DNA of 64,000 bases from assembly GCA_021613535.1 (NCBI GenBank), contig CP075497.1, positions 124,001 through 188,000 of the forward strand, read 5' to 3'. A program made the position numbers and the translations under genes. This stretch comes from Adineta vaga. Lineage: Eukaryota > Animalia > Rotifera. Positions 1 to 13,709 of the stretch are shown in pieces. The number at the start of each line of letters is the position of its first letter. Within the stretch, counting starts at the first letter, position 1. The notes under the pieces are model-generated. The model did no database searches, was not told the origin of the DNA, and saw only the letters and a program-made list of their open reading frames with translations.

Positions 1-2773
1 GTCATCTTATGAACGCCTCGAAGATGAACCAGGTTGAATACAATTTGTGATAATCTAAGCCATATTTTCGACATTCTGATCCGTTAAAGACACTCCAAAC
101 ACTATTGATAAACCATAATCCAATGAGTCATTTACAAAAACAAACTATTCGCACCGTATTGAATATTAAAGAGGTTAGAAACCCCTCTGATCTATCATTA
201 CTATCTCTTTCATCGTAGATTATTCATAAAATACAGCAGCAAAACAATCAGATTGATACAATATCAACATCTCAACAGAAGAACTCTTTGGAAACTACTC
301 TGGTAATACAATATCTCATCTAGATCTGCACAATATAATCATCTTCTTAGACATTTAATATAGGAAATCTAAAGCACAGAGTTGCTGGTGACGAAGACAT
401 TCGATATATGGCGAGTATGATGAAGTCCAATAATGTGAGATAAAAAACAATCTTCATCCTTAATTTTCCAAGTATTTAATTCATTGCAGACCGTCAAAAT
501 ACTTGATCTATGCGACAGTCAGATTACCGATGTCGGAATTCGTCATATTTGTGATATTTTGAATAATTTGAAAGTGAGAGAAATGATCTGTTCATTGATT
601 TGACATCAACATGATTTTGATAAATCACAGAGTATCAATTCCTTGATTCTGAAAAACAATCGAATTGGTGCTCAAGGAGTTCATTATCTTACTAATGCTC
701 TGATAACGAATCAGGTGACTTTCTATTTCGACGTAACTACATTTATACGAGATTTTATCATCGTAGACAATTACCGTATTGGATCTTGGACAAAATCAGA
801 TTCGTGATGACGGAGCGCGTCATCTTGCTGATTTTTTAAAGATTAATCAGGTAATCGAGTATTTCTCATTGTCTATCGAATCGAAAATGATCTCTTTCGC
901 CGTAGATTATCAATACATTGAATCTTTCACGAAATCAAATTAGTGATAAAGGAGCTCATTGTCTTGCTGATGCTCTAAAGATTAATCAAGTGCCACAACA
1001 TGTCTTCACGTTCATCATATCTATAATATTCTTCTATATTTTATAGACACTTGTCAGTCTCGATCTTTCCCACAATCGTATTGGTGATGAAGGAGAACGT
1101 GATTTTGCTGATGTTCTCGCGATCAACCAAGTACGATCATATTTCTTTGTCTTTATCGGTCATTTCTATGATAGTTATATTCATGATAGACACTCGTCAC
1201 TTTGGATCTTCAAAACCATCGTCTCAATGAGAGAAAAGTGTTTCAACTTCATAATGTTCCATATATAAACAAAGTGAGAAATGATTTCCCCTACTTTCGT
1301 CCTGCGAAAGTAAACAAATCTCTTCTATTTTTTCATTTAGACAACTGCCGGATTAGATCTCCGACGAAGAGATATCGATGACAACCAGATCTATTTTCTT
1401 GCCAATGTTCTGAAATCCAGTCATGTGACGGAAGTCTTTTTTACACTAAATCTTCGAAATAATTATATCGGTGACGCAGGTGTCAATGATGTTTGTGATA
1501 TACTCGACACCTTCAAAGTCAGATCAAATTTACATTCATCTATTCAATCGACGTTATTCTTATTCATAACAGACAATTTACGCTTTACGTCTCGACAAGA
1601 ACTGGATCGGCAATGAAGGAGCACAGAGCCTTGCTAATCTTCTGAAGATGAACCAAGTGCGTTAAAATAACTATTTTTAGTTATCATACCATCGTTTTAA
1701 TCATTTGTTATTAGACCATTACTACGTTGGATCTTGGAGAGAATAAGATTGACGATGAAGGTGCAGAATATCTTGCAGATGCTCTGAAGATGAATCAAGT
1801 GAGAAATGATCTTTACTTCATTATCATGTCTCCAACATTTTCATATATCGCAGACAATCACGAAATTGAATCTTCGGGTCAATCACATTATCGATAGGGG
1901 CGTGAAACATATAAGTGAAGCTCTCAAAATCAATCATGTAAGAGAAATTCTTCGAATAGCGATTAGATGGAGTGATTTCATGTATGTCTTCTAGACAATC
2001 GCAGCATTGTATCTTCAAGGAAACGAAATTACCGTTAAAGGGGCACATTATCTTGCTGATGCTCTTAAAATTAATCGAGTAAGATGGAATTCTTGGTATT
2101 CTGTTATATGAATAACATTTATGTTCCTCATAGAGTCTCACTTCTTTGCATCTTCGAAGAAATCAAATTGGTGCTGTGGGTGCTCAGCATCTAGCTGATG
2201 CTCTCAAGATCAATAAAGTAAAAGGAATTTTTCTATCTTTAGTACAATTATTCTTTATAGACACTCGAAACATTGAACCTCGGACACAATGGAATTGGTG
2301 ATGAAGGAACACGTCATCTCAGTGATGCTTTCAAAATTAATCAAGTCAGATGATATTCGTGATCATAATTTTTATGTTCGCATTGATTTTAGACTATCAA
2401 TACAATCAATCTTGATACCAATCAAATAGAAGATCAAGGAGCGTCTTATCTGAGTGATGCTCTCATGAATAATCAAGTGAATCAATTTCATTATTTGAAA
2501 TTCCTCTTCATATCGTTCTCATTTATTACAGACAATTACAAATCTATATATTTGGGGTAATCAGATCAGTGATCAAGGAGCATGTCATATTGCTGATGCT
2601 CTGGAAGTGAATAAAGTAAGATAAAATGTCTGTTCATCTATTATTTGTATGTGTCAATTTCTCATTGATCATAGACAATCTTAGTACTCAAAATTGGTCT
2701 CAACCAAATCAGCTCTCGTACAATGAATGGTTTTTCTGATATTGTTAAGACCAGAATGAAATTACGGATGTAA
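1..2773 (+). CDS. RNI/NLRC3-type leucine-rich-repeat protein, 3' part; one 28-aa repeat per 84-nt exon
   Basis: Phase-0 84-nt exons (e.g. 90-173, 631-714, 767-850, 1854-1937, 1995-2078) encode TxxxLxLxxNxIxDxGAxxLADALKxN and are separated by ~55-nt GT-AG introns; last exon ends KLRM-stop at 2773. The 5' end is outside the window. Confidence 0.88.
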
Positions 2774-3418
2774 AAGTTGTCCTTACGAATTGTTGTCAGC
2801 AACTATTTGAACTTTAAAAATAATTCTTAAGATTCTAAGTTCGTTCATTAAAATATTCCATTACTTCAATTTTAGCGCCGTCACTATAAAATAACAGAAG
2901 TAAAATACACATTCCTCTCATAAAGAGACAAACCGGTTTAAGAATCACAGATTTGATTCATCTTTTCGATTCCGCTCACATTGCGACGCAATGACTACAG
3001 TAAAAGCATTAAAATCAACAATATGTCACGAAAGATAAATTGATTCTTCGAGGTCGCGCAATTTTGTTTTCATCCTCCATACACATTTCTCTCTTAAGGA
3101 TATCAGTACGAAAAAAATCGGACTTGGTCTTCTAAGTTCCAGTTCTTCTCAAAATAGATTTCGTCATAAAACAATTCTTTATCACATTGTAAAATTCCTT
3201 CTGAAATATAATTCCGAGTCAAAAGAAAAAGTAATGTTCAGATCACAGAAGAATGTCTATCAGTTGTATAGTAAATCATCTCTTGTTGCGTTATTACATT
3301 CAATTTTTTCAAATAATTCCCGTTTGTTGGTTGAGAGATGAAAGAAATGAAGATGTTTGAACCAATTAATCATTGTTTGTGTTTTATTACAATTATGAAT
3401 AGAAATTGTTTGTAAATT

Positions 3419-4301
3419 TCATGAATTGATTGTCCATCGATGCGAAATCTTCAAAATGACAAGTTTAGAACTGTTTTTGGATTCATAAAATGATATGAAA
3501 TGTTGCAAATCCGATGTTTTTTCGTTAATTTGTAAATGCGTACACAAATATTTGTCTTGCAATTGAAGATGATGAAAGAATAAGTTGAAATCCTTGTCGA
3601 AGATAAATAATCGAATGATCAAACGGCGAAATTTGTGTCATATTTGTCAAACAATGATCAGGTTGATGTTTTCTATGAATGTCATATTGAAAGTTTTTTA
3701 ATTGAGAAAATTTTTAACCGAATTTTACCGTAAGTTTTTCTCTAAAGAATAAATATTTTTCAAGACAACTGAAAAACGTTTTATGTAAGGCATTTTAGTA
3801 ACATAAGAAAGGTATGAAGAATCACCTAAATGAGATAAACAAAGAAATGATAAGTTTTGTTCTGCGTATTTTGAAATCATTTTCAATGTTTTTATTCGAG
3901 GATCAATTGACAGTCCAATTAAGGCGTTTGTAGAGAGAATCTTTTTTGAGAAATTCTTCCAATTGATATGCACAGTAAGATTGACGAGTTTTATCAAAGA
4001 TGATTTTCAGATATTTCAGATTTGTTAAAAGATCAATGAAACGTTCGAATATTTATTGTTTTTGATCGAAATCAAATGTCAGAAAATGAATTTGATGACT
4101 GTGAAAAGGAAAAACATAATTAAAAAACCGTCGTATAGTCTTGTGCTTTACATGATTTGCTCGTGTAACGTCAATTTTATGGAAGTATGTATTAATAATA
4201 GGTTGAAAACGACAATTGGGATTGTTAGATGCACAAATAATGGCAAAAATTGTTAAATAACGAAAGATCAGTACGAATAATTCATCGGGTAAACCTTCCA
4301 T
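3419..4301 (-). pseudogene. F-box/LRR-like pseudogene
   Basis: ATG at 4301 gives MEGLPDELFVLIFRYL (F-box start); in-frame stop at 4053-4055, then a frameshift near 3950 into KKILSTNALIGLSID. The 3' limit is approximate. Confidence 0.65.
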
Positions 4302-4838
4302 GATTGAATAAGAAATCTTTGACGTCACCACTTTTATTTTTTTCTCCAGGTGACTGTGCAAATGCAATTTCTGAAAAAGAAACATTTGATCTTAATTGAA
4401 GTCAATGAATCGAACCATAAACAAACATTCTCTCTGAGGTGATTCATATTGACATTATTTGTACGACATTCGGATTTATTGAACTTTCGCTTAAATGAGA
4501 TTTTCACCTTCAACAAGATAATGGACGTTACTAGTTGTGTAATAACACGACAGAATATAAACAAATGTAGAGAAAATAGAGTTTCCTTCTTGCAAGAAGT
4601 CAGTCACGTATGTATTGTTCAGAAATATTAAGTGTTGTTAAGATATTGGTTATTGAAGCAATTCAAACAAATAACATTCGAGTTAATTGACTTTCTGTTC
4701 GATGAGGATTCATTGTTGCTATACAAGGGATTTGCATTCGAATATTATGAATTGTTCATAGATCCAATATAACCATGACAGAGACCGGCAGAACGACGAT
4801 TTTTCCGTCCCTTCCCGCGGTCCCGCCTGCTACTAAAA

Positions 4839-5494
4839 GGACGGGGGCGTATAAGACCGTAAATCGGCCCATTGCAAAATCAACTTAGAAAATACATAAA
4901 ACGATGCAGAATGAGACGGCGAATCTTTCTATAACAAATTCAAGTCATTCCGTAAACGAATAAAAAAATTTAGATAGACAATACTATTTGGTATTTTCAC
5001 TCAATTTTTACTGCATGATGAGACAGTATTCTGAAGAAATCGTAACAAAATTGGTATCATATCATCTATCAAATAACTTCATTAGAAAGAGCAAGTGATT
5101 CTGCACAAACTTCTATATGAACCATAGCCAAAAAAAATAGATAAGGTGAACTTATAGTGGCTAAATATTTAGCCACTATAAGTTCACCTTATCTATTTTT
5201 TTTGGCTATGGTTCATATAGAAGTTTGTGCAGAATCACTTGCTCTTTCTAATGAAGTTATTTGATAGATGATATGATACCAATTTTGTTACGATTTCTTC
5301 AGAATACTGTCTCATCATGCAGTAAAAATTGAGTGAAAATACCAAATAGTATTGTCTATCTAAATTTTTTTATTCGTTTACGGAATGACTTGAATTTGTT
5401 ATAGAAAGATTCGCCGTCTCATTCTGCATCGTTTTATGTGTTTTCTAAGTTGATTTTGCAATGGGCCGATTTACGGTCTTATACGCCCCCGTCC
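4839..5494. mobile_element. Spy-like non-autonomous DNA element, collapsed to a spacerless palindrome
   Basis: GGACGGGGGCGT...ACGCCCCCGTCC termini, 328-bp arms symmetric about 5166/5167 (one mismatch seen, at 4893), flanked by AAA and TTT with no TSD; same arms as 22682-24312. Confidence 0.85.
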
Positions 5495-5528
5495 TTTCGC
5501 CACTTCCTAATCGTTCAGTGTCATTGAG

Positions 5529-5930
5529 GTGATCGAAAATCATACATCAATTCAACTCCACATGATCATCAACGAAAAGAAAATTCTGTATCTGTATGAC
5601 AAAAATATTAAGAAAAGTCAGGACGACATTGCTGCAGAAATGTTCAACATTACAATTAGCTGTTGTTGTTTGCCGATATGTGTTAATTTTTCACAGCCAT
5701 CGCCAACATTCACAAGGCTTGATGCATAAACTTGTGACAATGCACTATTTTTGAATTATTCGCTCTTTCTTTGATTAAAGATCCAATTTTCTCCGTCTAC
5801 GTTTCAACATTTTCCTACTTGTTCGATAACTTTTTTATCTTCAAGATGCTGCTGATTTTTACTTTGAATAGTTATTTATCCTTTGGCTTTCTCATATGTT
5901 TGTAAAGTTAATTGCGTTCTTATGAAATAT
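5529..5930. pseudogene. Possible pogo/Tigger (CENP-B HTH) transposase remnants
   Basis: Plus-strand EKKILYLYDKNIKKSQDDIAAEMFNITIS and minus-strand RTQLTL...NWIFNQ fragments resemble CENP-B-type HTH segments; heavily degraded. Confidence 0.3.
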
Positions 5931-7142
5931 CAATCAAAGGAGAAAAGTAAATCGAAATGAGGGCGAAATATAGAGTTTGGAGAAGAAACAAGTCAACTCA
6001 TAACGCATGAATTCTTCTTTCCTCTAGAAGAAAGGTACTTGTATTCAAAGAAAATGGTGAGAGTGAAGGGAATAGGATGTGTTCTCAAGCGAAGTGTATT
6101 GCTTTGCTGAAGTCTCAATATATAAATTAACAATTATCTGAAACGGCGAATAAAAGAAAAGGTCTACTCTTGTTTTGAGTCGAAATGAAGATGATGAAAT
6201 AGACAGAATCGAATGGAAGCATTCACCTTCAAAACAATTAAATTCTGAAACTTATTTAACAGTATTTTGATTAGATCAATCCAATTTTGTAGTGTTGAGG
6301 GTGGGTGGGTGAGTTCAGCTGCCATAACTAGTTTCGCCTCAGCTACGAGGATCTACGGATGGCTTATCTATTTCGAATTCAAAGAATCCAAAACAAAGAT
6401 ATTTCTAAGATGTTACGAATTTCAAGGGGTGTGGATATACGTACATCAAACAGATTACTCTGCTAATTTCAATTCTTGCTTTTTAACAATCGATCTTCAA
6501 TACCAAATAATATATATACAATGAATAGATTTCTAATTACAAATAAATGCAGAATTTGCTTCGCCGACGCGTTTCGTGTATTTATTGTTAGAAATAAAAA
6601 ACACTCACCAGGGCTCTGCATTTATAAAAACGAAGAAATAAGAAATAAAAATAAGAAATAATAAGCTATGTTTGAAGTAAAGAGTAATAACAAAGGGCAA
6701 TCTAGGTGTTGTTTCTTTATTCGTTGGGTGTCGTCGGAGCCACGTCGAAAAAAAGACTTCAATTTGTTTTGAAGCATGGCATTCAAACGTGTTCGCAACG
6801 TTAAGTCTCGAGTTTTTCTATACGAACTAATTGAGAAAAAAAGACTATTTATTTCATGAATTAAATAGAAACACAAAATATTTATCAAAACATATCTTTA
6901 AAATTATCTTCTTCTTGAAATAACGAACAAAGAGGTTATAATAGAAAATAATATGAAAAGAAAAGAGTAGCTTGGTTTTGTTGATTATTTATAATTTTGA
7001 AAAACAAAGAAAATGTCAATGATATTGATATTGATGAATGATATTTCCTAAAAAATAGATAAATTAATGATATAATTTTTCAGAATTAAATTTGTTTAAT
7101 ATTATCATTATTAAATATACGTGTATATCTTACTTAGATATT

Positions 7143-7388
7143 TTATGAACAATAATAAATAACAACGGGACCAAAACCAATATATTCACAACTACGTTTA
7201 GAACAACATTTACGACCACCACTACAACTTTCTCCACGACCGGCACATTTTTCAGATTTACGAGCTGATCTATCAACTGTTTCACGGAAACCGAGTTGAT
7301 GTTCATCGGATTCATAAGGTTTACCAAAAACTTGTTTATTCATTAATATTAATATAACAAAAATTGTAACGATATAAACTAATTTCAT
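7143..7388 (-). CDS. Secreted cystine-knot (ICK/knottin) prepropeptide, 81 aa
   Basis: MKLVYIVTIFVILILMNKQVFG signal, propeptide ending RSARK, mature region C-x6-C-x5-CC-x4-C-x12-C; intronless. Confidence 0.82.
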   Translation of the reverse strand: MKLVYIVTIFVILILMNKQVFGKPYESDEHQLGFRETVDRSARKSEKCAGRGESCSGGRKCCSKRSCEYIGFGPVVIYYCS

Positions 7389-9157
7389 ATTATAAACCAT
7401 ACTTGTATAATGTAATCTTAACAAATGCAACGATGTATGCTAAATGAAAGAAATATTTTCGTACTTAAATATCAAATATTTCTTCGAGAAAGAGAACGAA
7501 AAATAATCGAGTACATAAATAAATTTTGTATAAAAACGAAGGTCATTCATAACTATTTTTAGTTTGTATTGACGTATATAGGAGATATAATAGAAAAAAA
7601 GAAGATTTCATCGTTAATATTCACAACTACGTATTTATTATGAGATCAATTTATGATAGATGAAGATTTTCTTTATATAAAAAATTTATATCAATAAATT
7701 TTTTGGAAACTTTCAAATAGATACTTTTCGAAAGGAAAAAAAGTAATGTTATTTCATTCTTCAATACAAAGGTTACTTATTTAGAATTAAAAGAATTGAT
7801 TTCGTAAATGAAATAGAATATGTTTTCTCATTTTAATATTATTCTTTCTTTATCTGGTTCGATGAAGCAAGTATAAGATGAGTGATCAGATGGTGTATAG
7901 CTAGTTGCTTTTCTGTTTACTTGTAATGGTGATAAAATAGGAAACGTACTGTTTGTGAAAAATTCGATTTGATGTGTTTTCTAACGGCTTCATCATATAT
8001 ATTAGGGATCATTTTAGGTAAAACTAGCTTCAGATATAAGATGGATTTATATCAAAATAATCAGCTTGTTCATCTCTACAAATTCTCAAATGGCTTCTGT
8101 ACACGCCATGCAGAGTTTCTGAACATCCTTACCCTCACCCTACATTGTTTTCGTGTAACTTTCAGAAATAGATAGTTTGGTGAGATTATTCATGCTTATG
8201 TTACATACGCATTTATACTTACATATTGACTCTTTTTCACCTATACTATACAGATAAAAAAGAACGTCTTTAGTGAACTATTATATGCGCATGAGAAAAG
8301 AGAGTAAATATTTTGGTATGAAATTAACAGTGAAAATGTATCATTATAGAGAATGCTGGATGAAAAACATTAAACTATGGTGATACACTGTTAACATGAT
8401 CGAAATAGCTCCATCGATAGTTTTATATACACGAAAGTTATTAAGTATAACGAATTTACAGCAATAAGTGATTATATTTGAGCAGTAAGAATATTGTTAA
8501 GATAACTATCTTAATTTAATCGATATAAATATTTATGTTCTAGGTTAAAAATTTAAGACCTCTCAATTGTATTCAGTATCGCAGAATAAATAAGATCGAT
8601 TTGTTATCATCAAAGATTATGATTTTTCCAACTAGCGAATAAAATGTTAATTAATAATTAAAATTGATTTAGTCGGACCCATACGGATTTTCTCACTCGA
8701 TTCGATTCAATACAATCAACATCAAACATTCAATTTGATCATTGAGTGATATATCTACGTCTCATCGGTTTTTCTTTCATTTATCGATCTATAATTAAAA
8801 ATTTTTATAATCGTGTTTACTTCAAGTTAATTGATTAAATTTAGATAAATATCGAAGACGTAGAAGAGCATGAAGAAAGTAATGCGTATTTTTTAAACAT
8901 ACGAGCATCAGTAATACGCATATATTGAAGATACATTAGCCTGTCAAATCAATTACGACTCGTTGAATCAAAACTATCTGTTATTGTGAAAAACAAAATT
9001 GTATATACATACGATTGGGCAATACCAAAAGAAAAAGTTGCGCAGTTTTTTTTGAAAATTTCCAACTATTAAAGATACAAAATAAATATCGAAACATAAA
9101 TACTGATAATGAAACAGCTTTTAACATTTTTGTTTTTATATTTTATATAATAGGATC

Positions 9158-9182
9158 TAATAATAATAATAATAATAATAAT
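9158..9182 (+). repeat. (TAA)n microsatellite
   Basis: About 8 tandem TAA units. Confidence 0.9.
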
Positions 9183-9504
9183 GAATGGTGAAATTTTATA
9201 TTCAACTTGTTAACCAGTCGAATACTGCTGTTTTTAGATTGAAGGTAGAAACACAGAACGAAAAAATGTTCGTTTTTTTATTGTTCTGTCTAATCGCATA
9301 ATATATGTGACAGAACGCAAAAGACAGTGATTTTCTCTTCTTGCATTCATTCAGAACGTTAAATATGTTAACAACAGCAGATAATTAAATAAAACACTTA
9401 AATCATGATATGAACAAAAAGATAAAATTAAGTTCTTAATTAATAGCATAGCAAGATTAAGAATTTTCTTAATAGCACAAATATCCACAGAATTATATAA
9501 GTTA

Positions 9505-9555
9505 GAGTGTGGATGAAGAAAAATACTTACAATCACACCCACACCCTCGCCCTCA
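9505..9555. repeat. Telomere-like inverted motif copy
   Basis: GAGTGTGGATG-gaagaaaaatac...-CACACCCACACCCTCGCCCTCA. Confidence 0.75.
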
Positions 9556-9642
9556 AGGTTGATCACTAGTGAGCGACACGGATATAAATAAATTGAAGTT
9601 ACAGAAAACATTTTTGAATTCAATAAAAAATCTTTGCATTTT

Positions 9643-9998
9643 TTATTCAAATTGTTCATATTGATTAATTTTATCAAATCGAACGATCCGATTATTTCCA
9701 CTATCTATAATATAAATATTTCCTTCTGAATCAAACGATAAACCTTCCGTGTAATTCAATTGATTTAATTCATTTCCTTTTCCACTTCTACTAGCAACAT
9801 TCTCTCCCTCATAATCCCCTTCACACCATTGCATTATTCGATGATTAAAACTATCTGCTACATAGATTTGATTCCATTAATCAACAAATAATCCTGAAGG
9901 ATGATTCAGTTGACTGAGATTATTTCCTTGACCATTTCCACCAGCTACAACAATTCCTTCTCGAGCACCTTTCATCCATTTTACCACACGATCATTTA
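9643..9998 (-). pseudogene. NHL-repeat protein, 3' fragment truncated at a transposon end
   Basis: NDRVVKWMKGAREGIVVAGGNGQG...LFVD*WNQIYVADSFNHRIMQW...GNIYIIDSGNNRIVRF; internal stop; 5' part absent beyond 9998. Confidence 0.85.
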
Positions 9999-12184
9999 CC
10001 CAGTGAAAAATTTGCTGATTAAAATCTCTGAAATCCTATAGACTCAATCTCAATCCAAAATCCGAATTGAAATCGATTAACATCGGATTGATCAATCCAT
10101 TCTAATTCTTCTAATCTATTGCCATCTGAATTTTCAATCTGATCGCCGTACATCAAAATCCAAACTGAAATCGATTCAAATCGGGTTATTTAAATCATTT
10201 CGATGTTAATGATTGGCAAGTGACTACAACCGATACTTCACAGAACACATATCTTAATATTTTCCAATACACCGGGCTTACATTACACTTCCAATGAATA
10301 TCAGTGGAAAATATAATCAAATATTATCGTATGTTGCTTCAGCTGCATCAGAATCAGCCGATCGATAATAGCACCCCAGTAACATATAAACGGGTTAAAG
10401 TAAATGACTTTCTTGTTGATAAATGTCTTTGCTATTCATTTTGTCGAGTCAGATAGTCGCTGATTTGATATGTGGAACAAAACTATTAAAAAAGCTTCAA
10501 ATAATTCTTATTCAAACCACTCAGTATCCATTATAGTATTACAGAACTAGACCTGATATCAATCGAATTCTTGATGTGTGCCATAATTTGTCATACAACA
10601 ATGTACATCTGTGTAGTGCCAATAAGACATAATAAAACCAGATGTTAACAGTCATAATTGCAGAAGTTGACAAGTTCAGCTTGCAATGGAAAAAAATACT
10701 TCGCACCGAACCTTCCCATCCAACACATACTACGTTCCCTTTCTGTTGGTCGTGTGTGAACCAAGTCAAATCTAGTACACTGATAGCCTGCGTGATTTTC
10801 TCGATCTAGGACATCATGAAAATTGGATCCACATAAGTAAGTACCGTTTTCAAGTATTTTGAAATCTAATTGATTATAATCGATTAGAAGTGGTTCGTTT
10901 CAATGTAATCAATTTAGCAGTCCATTTCCAGTCAAAAGGGTAATAAAAGCATGTTACTCATTACGTTCTGAGGCTGTATACGATATAAGTACTTGTCATG
11001 CATGCCACGGATTCTTATTGACTACAGCTGTATTATCGACGACGAAAATAGTCGGAAGAAGGGACTATTTGGGTATCTGTTTTTTGTGAATTCATGTTTC
11101 TGAGAATGCACCTTTCGTGCAGACTTAATTGAATGATAATGTAGAATTTTAATAGAATTTCATGAAAAAAATAGGTTTATCTAAAGGTTCAGATTAACCT
11201 ATCAGTGTCGAAAACAATCAAGAGTTTTCATTGTTACTCTTTCCAGATGATCGATAGTCGTTTAACCATATCAACATGAGAACAAATATATACTGTAAGA
11301 ACAAAGTAAATAGTAAGCTAATCAAACTCAATTTTCACTGAACATGAGTGGAAGAAACTCATGATGGATTTCACTCTTTGCTTACAAATCCTCAATGTGT
11401 TGGTAATTAGTTTTCATGGACTAGGAATTGATTTTATGAAGCAGAGTAGCAATTAGACAAATAGTAATGGCAATGTGATAAATCAATAACTCATTGAAGC
11501 AGAACAAATTAACATTGTGGAGACAATTTGCGACTAATGGTATACTACGATAAAAACCGAACTAAGCAGAAAAAGAGACTCATGCAAGCACAACAAAAAA
11601 AGAAAAATGATGTCGCTCGAAGGCAGCGGTGGTTTTGCATTGACGTGACAGATTCGTTTAACGATATTTAGACTTTGTCTCTAGACGCAATTTCTTAAAC
11701 ATAAACAATTTTAGAAAGTAATTCATTCTTTAACAGTACTAGATCCGAAAGAAAAACAAGAAGGTGAAACATGGAAATGAATCTAATTGGATCAAACGAA
11801 GTACATATTTAGAAAATTAGAAAGAACTTACTATATTGTGTAAGACGTATATATATCTCCTGTGCATTGACCTGAAGAGTCTATTGCCCATAAAAACTAT
11901 GGGATTACGTTAGATTTCAATCAGATTTTTGTACAACAAAATCAAGTTGTAATCTGACATTTTGTGATAAGCAATTTTAAATTGAAGACATCAATGCTCG
12001 TGCATGTCAGAAATACTCTCTCTTTAGGACCTGGATTCTGTTCTTGAACGAAAGGATTATTATCGATAATTAGTTCTTCATTTCACCTGCTTTTTGCATA
12101 TATTTTGATTCTCTCTTGGATCAATATCCCAATTGATTGTAGATATATTACCTTCTTTTATCTTACTCAGTTTTGGATCTAACC

Positions 12185-13570
12185 ATGCCCTCACGTACAC
12201 ATCGAACACAAAAAAATCTCAAGAAACATCCTCAAAATCTAAACAAACTTTGTCGAAATCTCAACAATTCCCTTCGTCGAAAACTACCGAGGAAAATCAT
12301 GTTTTAGCCATTGTACGGGATGAAGATAGTGATATGCTTCGTGTTCTACCACGCAATGAATTAGTTCCGATCAAAAAATCGTCACAGATTTCTATTGATG
12401 ATACTGTTTTATATGGTCCACCAGCAGACAGTGTTCGAGGTGTTGTTATTTTAATTGGTGCGATCTTATTACGTGTTTGTTTAGGAAAATATTAATTCTT
12501 CTTTTATTAGGTAGTGAAGAAGAATGTAATCAATCATTCCTCATCAGATCAACAGATCGATTGTAATGAAATGGGAGATGTCATTGCTGATGATATCGAT
12601 GAGTTTGATTCAGAAGATCCCGGAGTAAAAAACAAAGAAGATGCATGTCTATCTGAAGACGAAAATGATAAAGAGAATAGTTTCACGAACACTCATGTTT
12701 CTCCTTTTCCAATTCTCACAACAGCCGGTCGCAATGTTGCTTCAAATTTGAATATAGGTTTATAAACGTCTCGTGACATGTGTTCGTAGTTCAATGAATA
12801 TTTTGTTTTCCTTTTATAGAGTCATCTATCACTTTCAAAAGGAAAACTCCTCCAGTCAACGAATCGTCTTCTGTCTCACCAAAAAGTAAACGACAAAAAT
12901 CTTTAGGTTTTGTTTCTATGAGAGAACATGCCAATTTGGTCGCGCAATTAGCACAAGTGAACGAGGAGAATATGTTGCTTCATTCGACATGGATGCGTAA
13001 GTGTTTGTGAAACTTGATTAGCCAAAGATATCGACTATCACTCTTTTATGATTTCGTACGTTCTTCTTTCTAGCGCGTCCCGTCGACAAACAAACTATTG
13101 AATATTTCATTTATGTCGGTAAAACATTATCTAACTATGTGGACGAAGTTTCCGATGATGGTGATGAGAGTCTGGATAAAGGAGATGTTTTGGATTACAT
13201 TTGCACGGCATTAGGTATGACAGAGGCCGAACTAAGAGCATGCGCTGGTAAAACCCTGCTTTCAACAGCGCGTCAGGTCATTGGAACGAAGTATCCGGGT
13301 TTATCGACAACTTTTGCCGATGTAGCGAAGGAACATGTGCAGGCTGTGGCAGGTCAGTGATTATCTGTGGCATGTAGAATCAATAAACTCTCTCTATTAG
13401 ATTATGCCTGTTTAATGCATCCATTGGAGAAGAAAGCAAATGATATGCCGAAAATTAAGAAGGCCATGGGCAATGTTTTTGCTACGCGGAAACATTTTCA
13501 AAAGATGAAGATTGGTTTGGTATCAATGGACAATAGTGTAGCTAATTCAGATTCGGATGCATCAGCATGA
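12185..13570 (+). CDS. Accessory ORF of the CMC element (spliced, probably frameshifted)
   Basis: Collinear ORF pieces 12133-12495, 12514-12765, 13139-13360, 13367-13570 joined by short GT-AG introns, upstream of the transposase and on the same strand. Confidence 0.55.
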
Positions 13571-13709
13571 TTATTGAACTTGAACAATGATTTTTTTTTG
13601 CAATTGTCTTTGTGATATCATTTTATTCTCAGATTCGTTTCGTTAGATAAAAAAGTAGAATGAACCTTGATCATAAATTATGATAATGTTTCAGAGCACC
13701 TTTCGAAAT

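Noticed and set aside
4836-5497. Kolobok or piggyBac assignment from the AAAGG...CCTTT ends
   Set aside because: No TTAA duplication at either copy; AAA|TTT fits Spy better.
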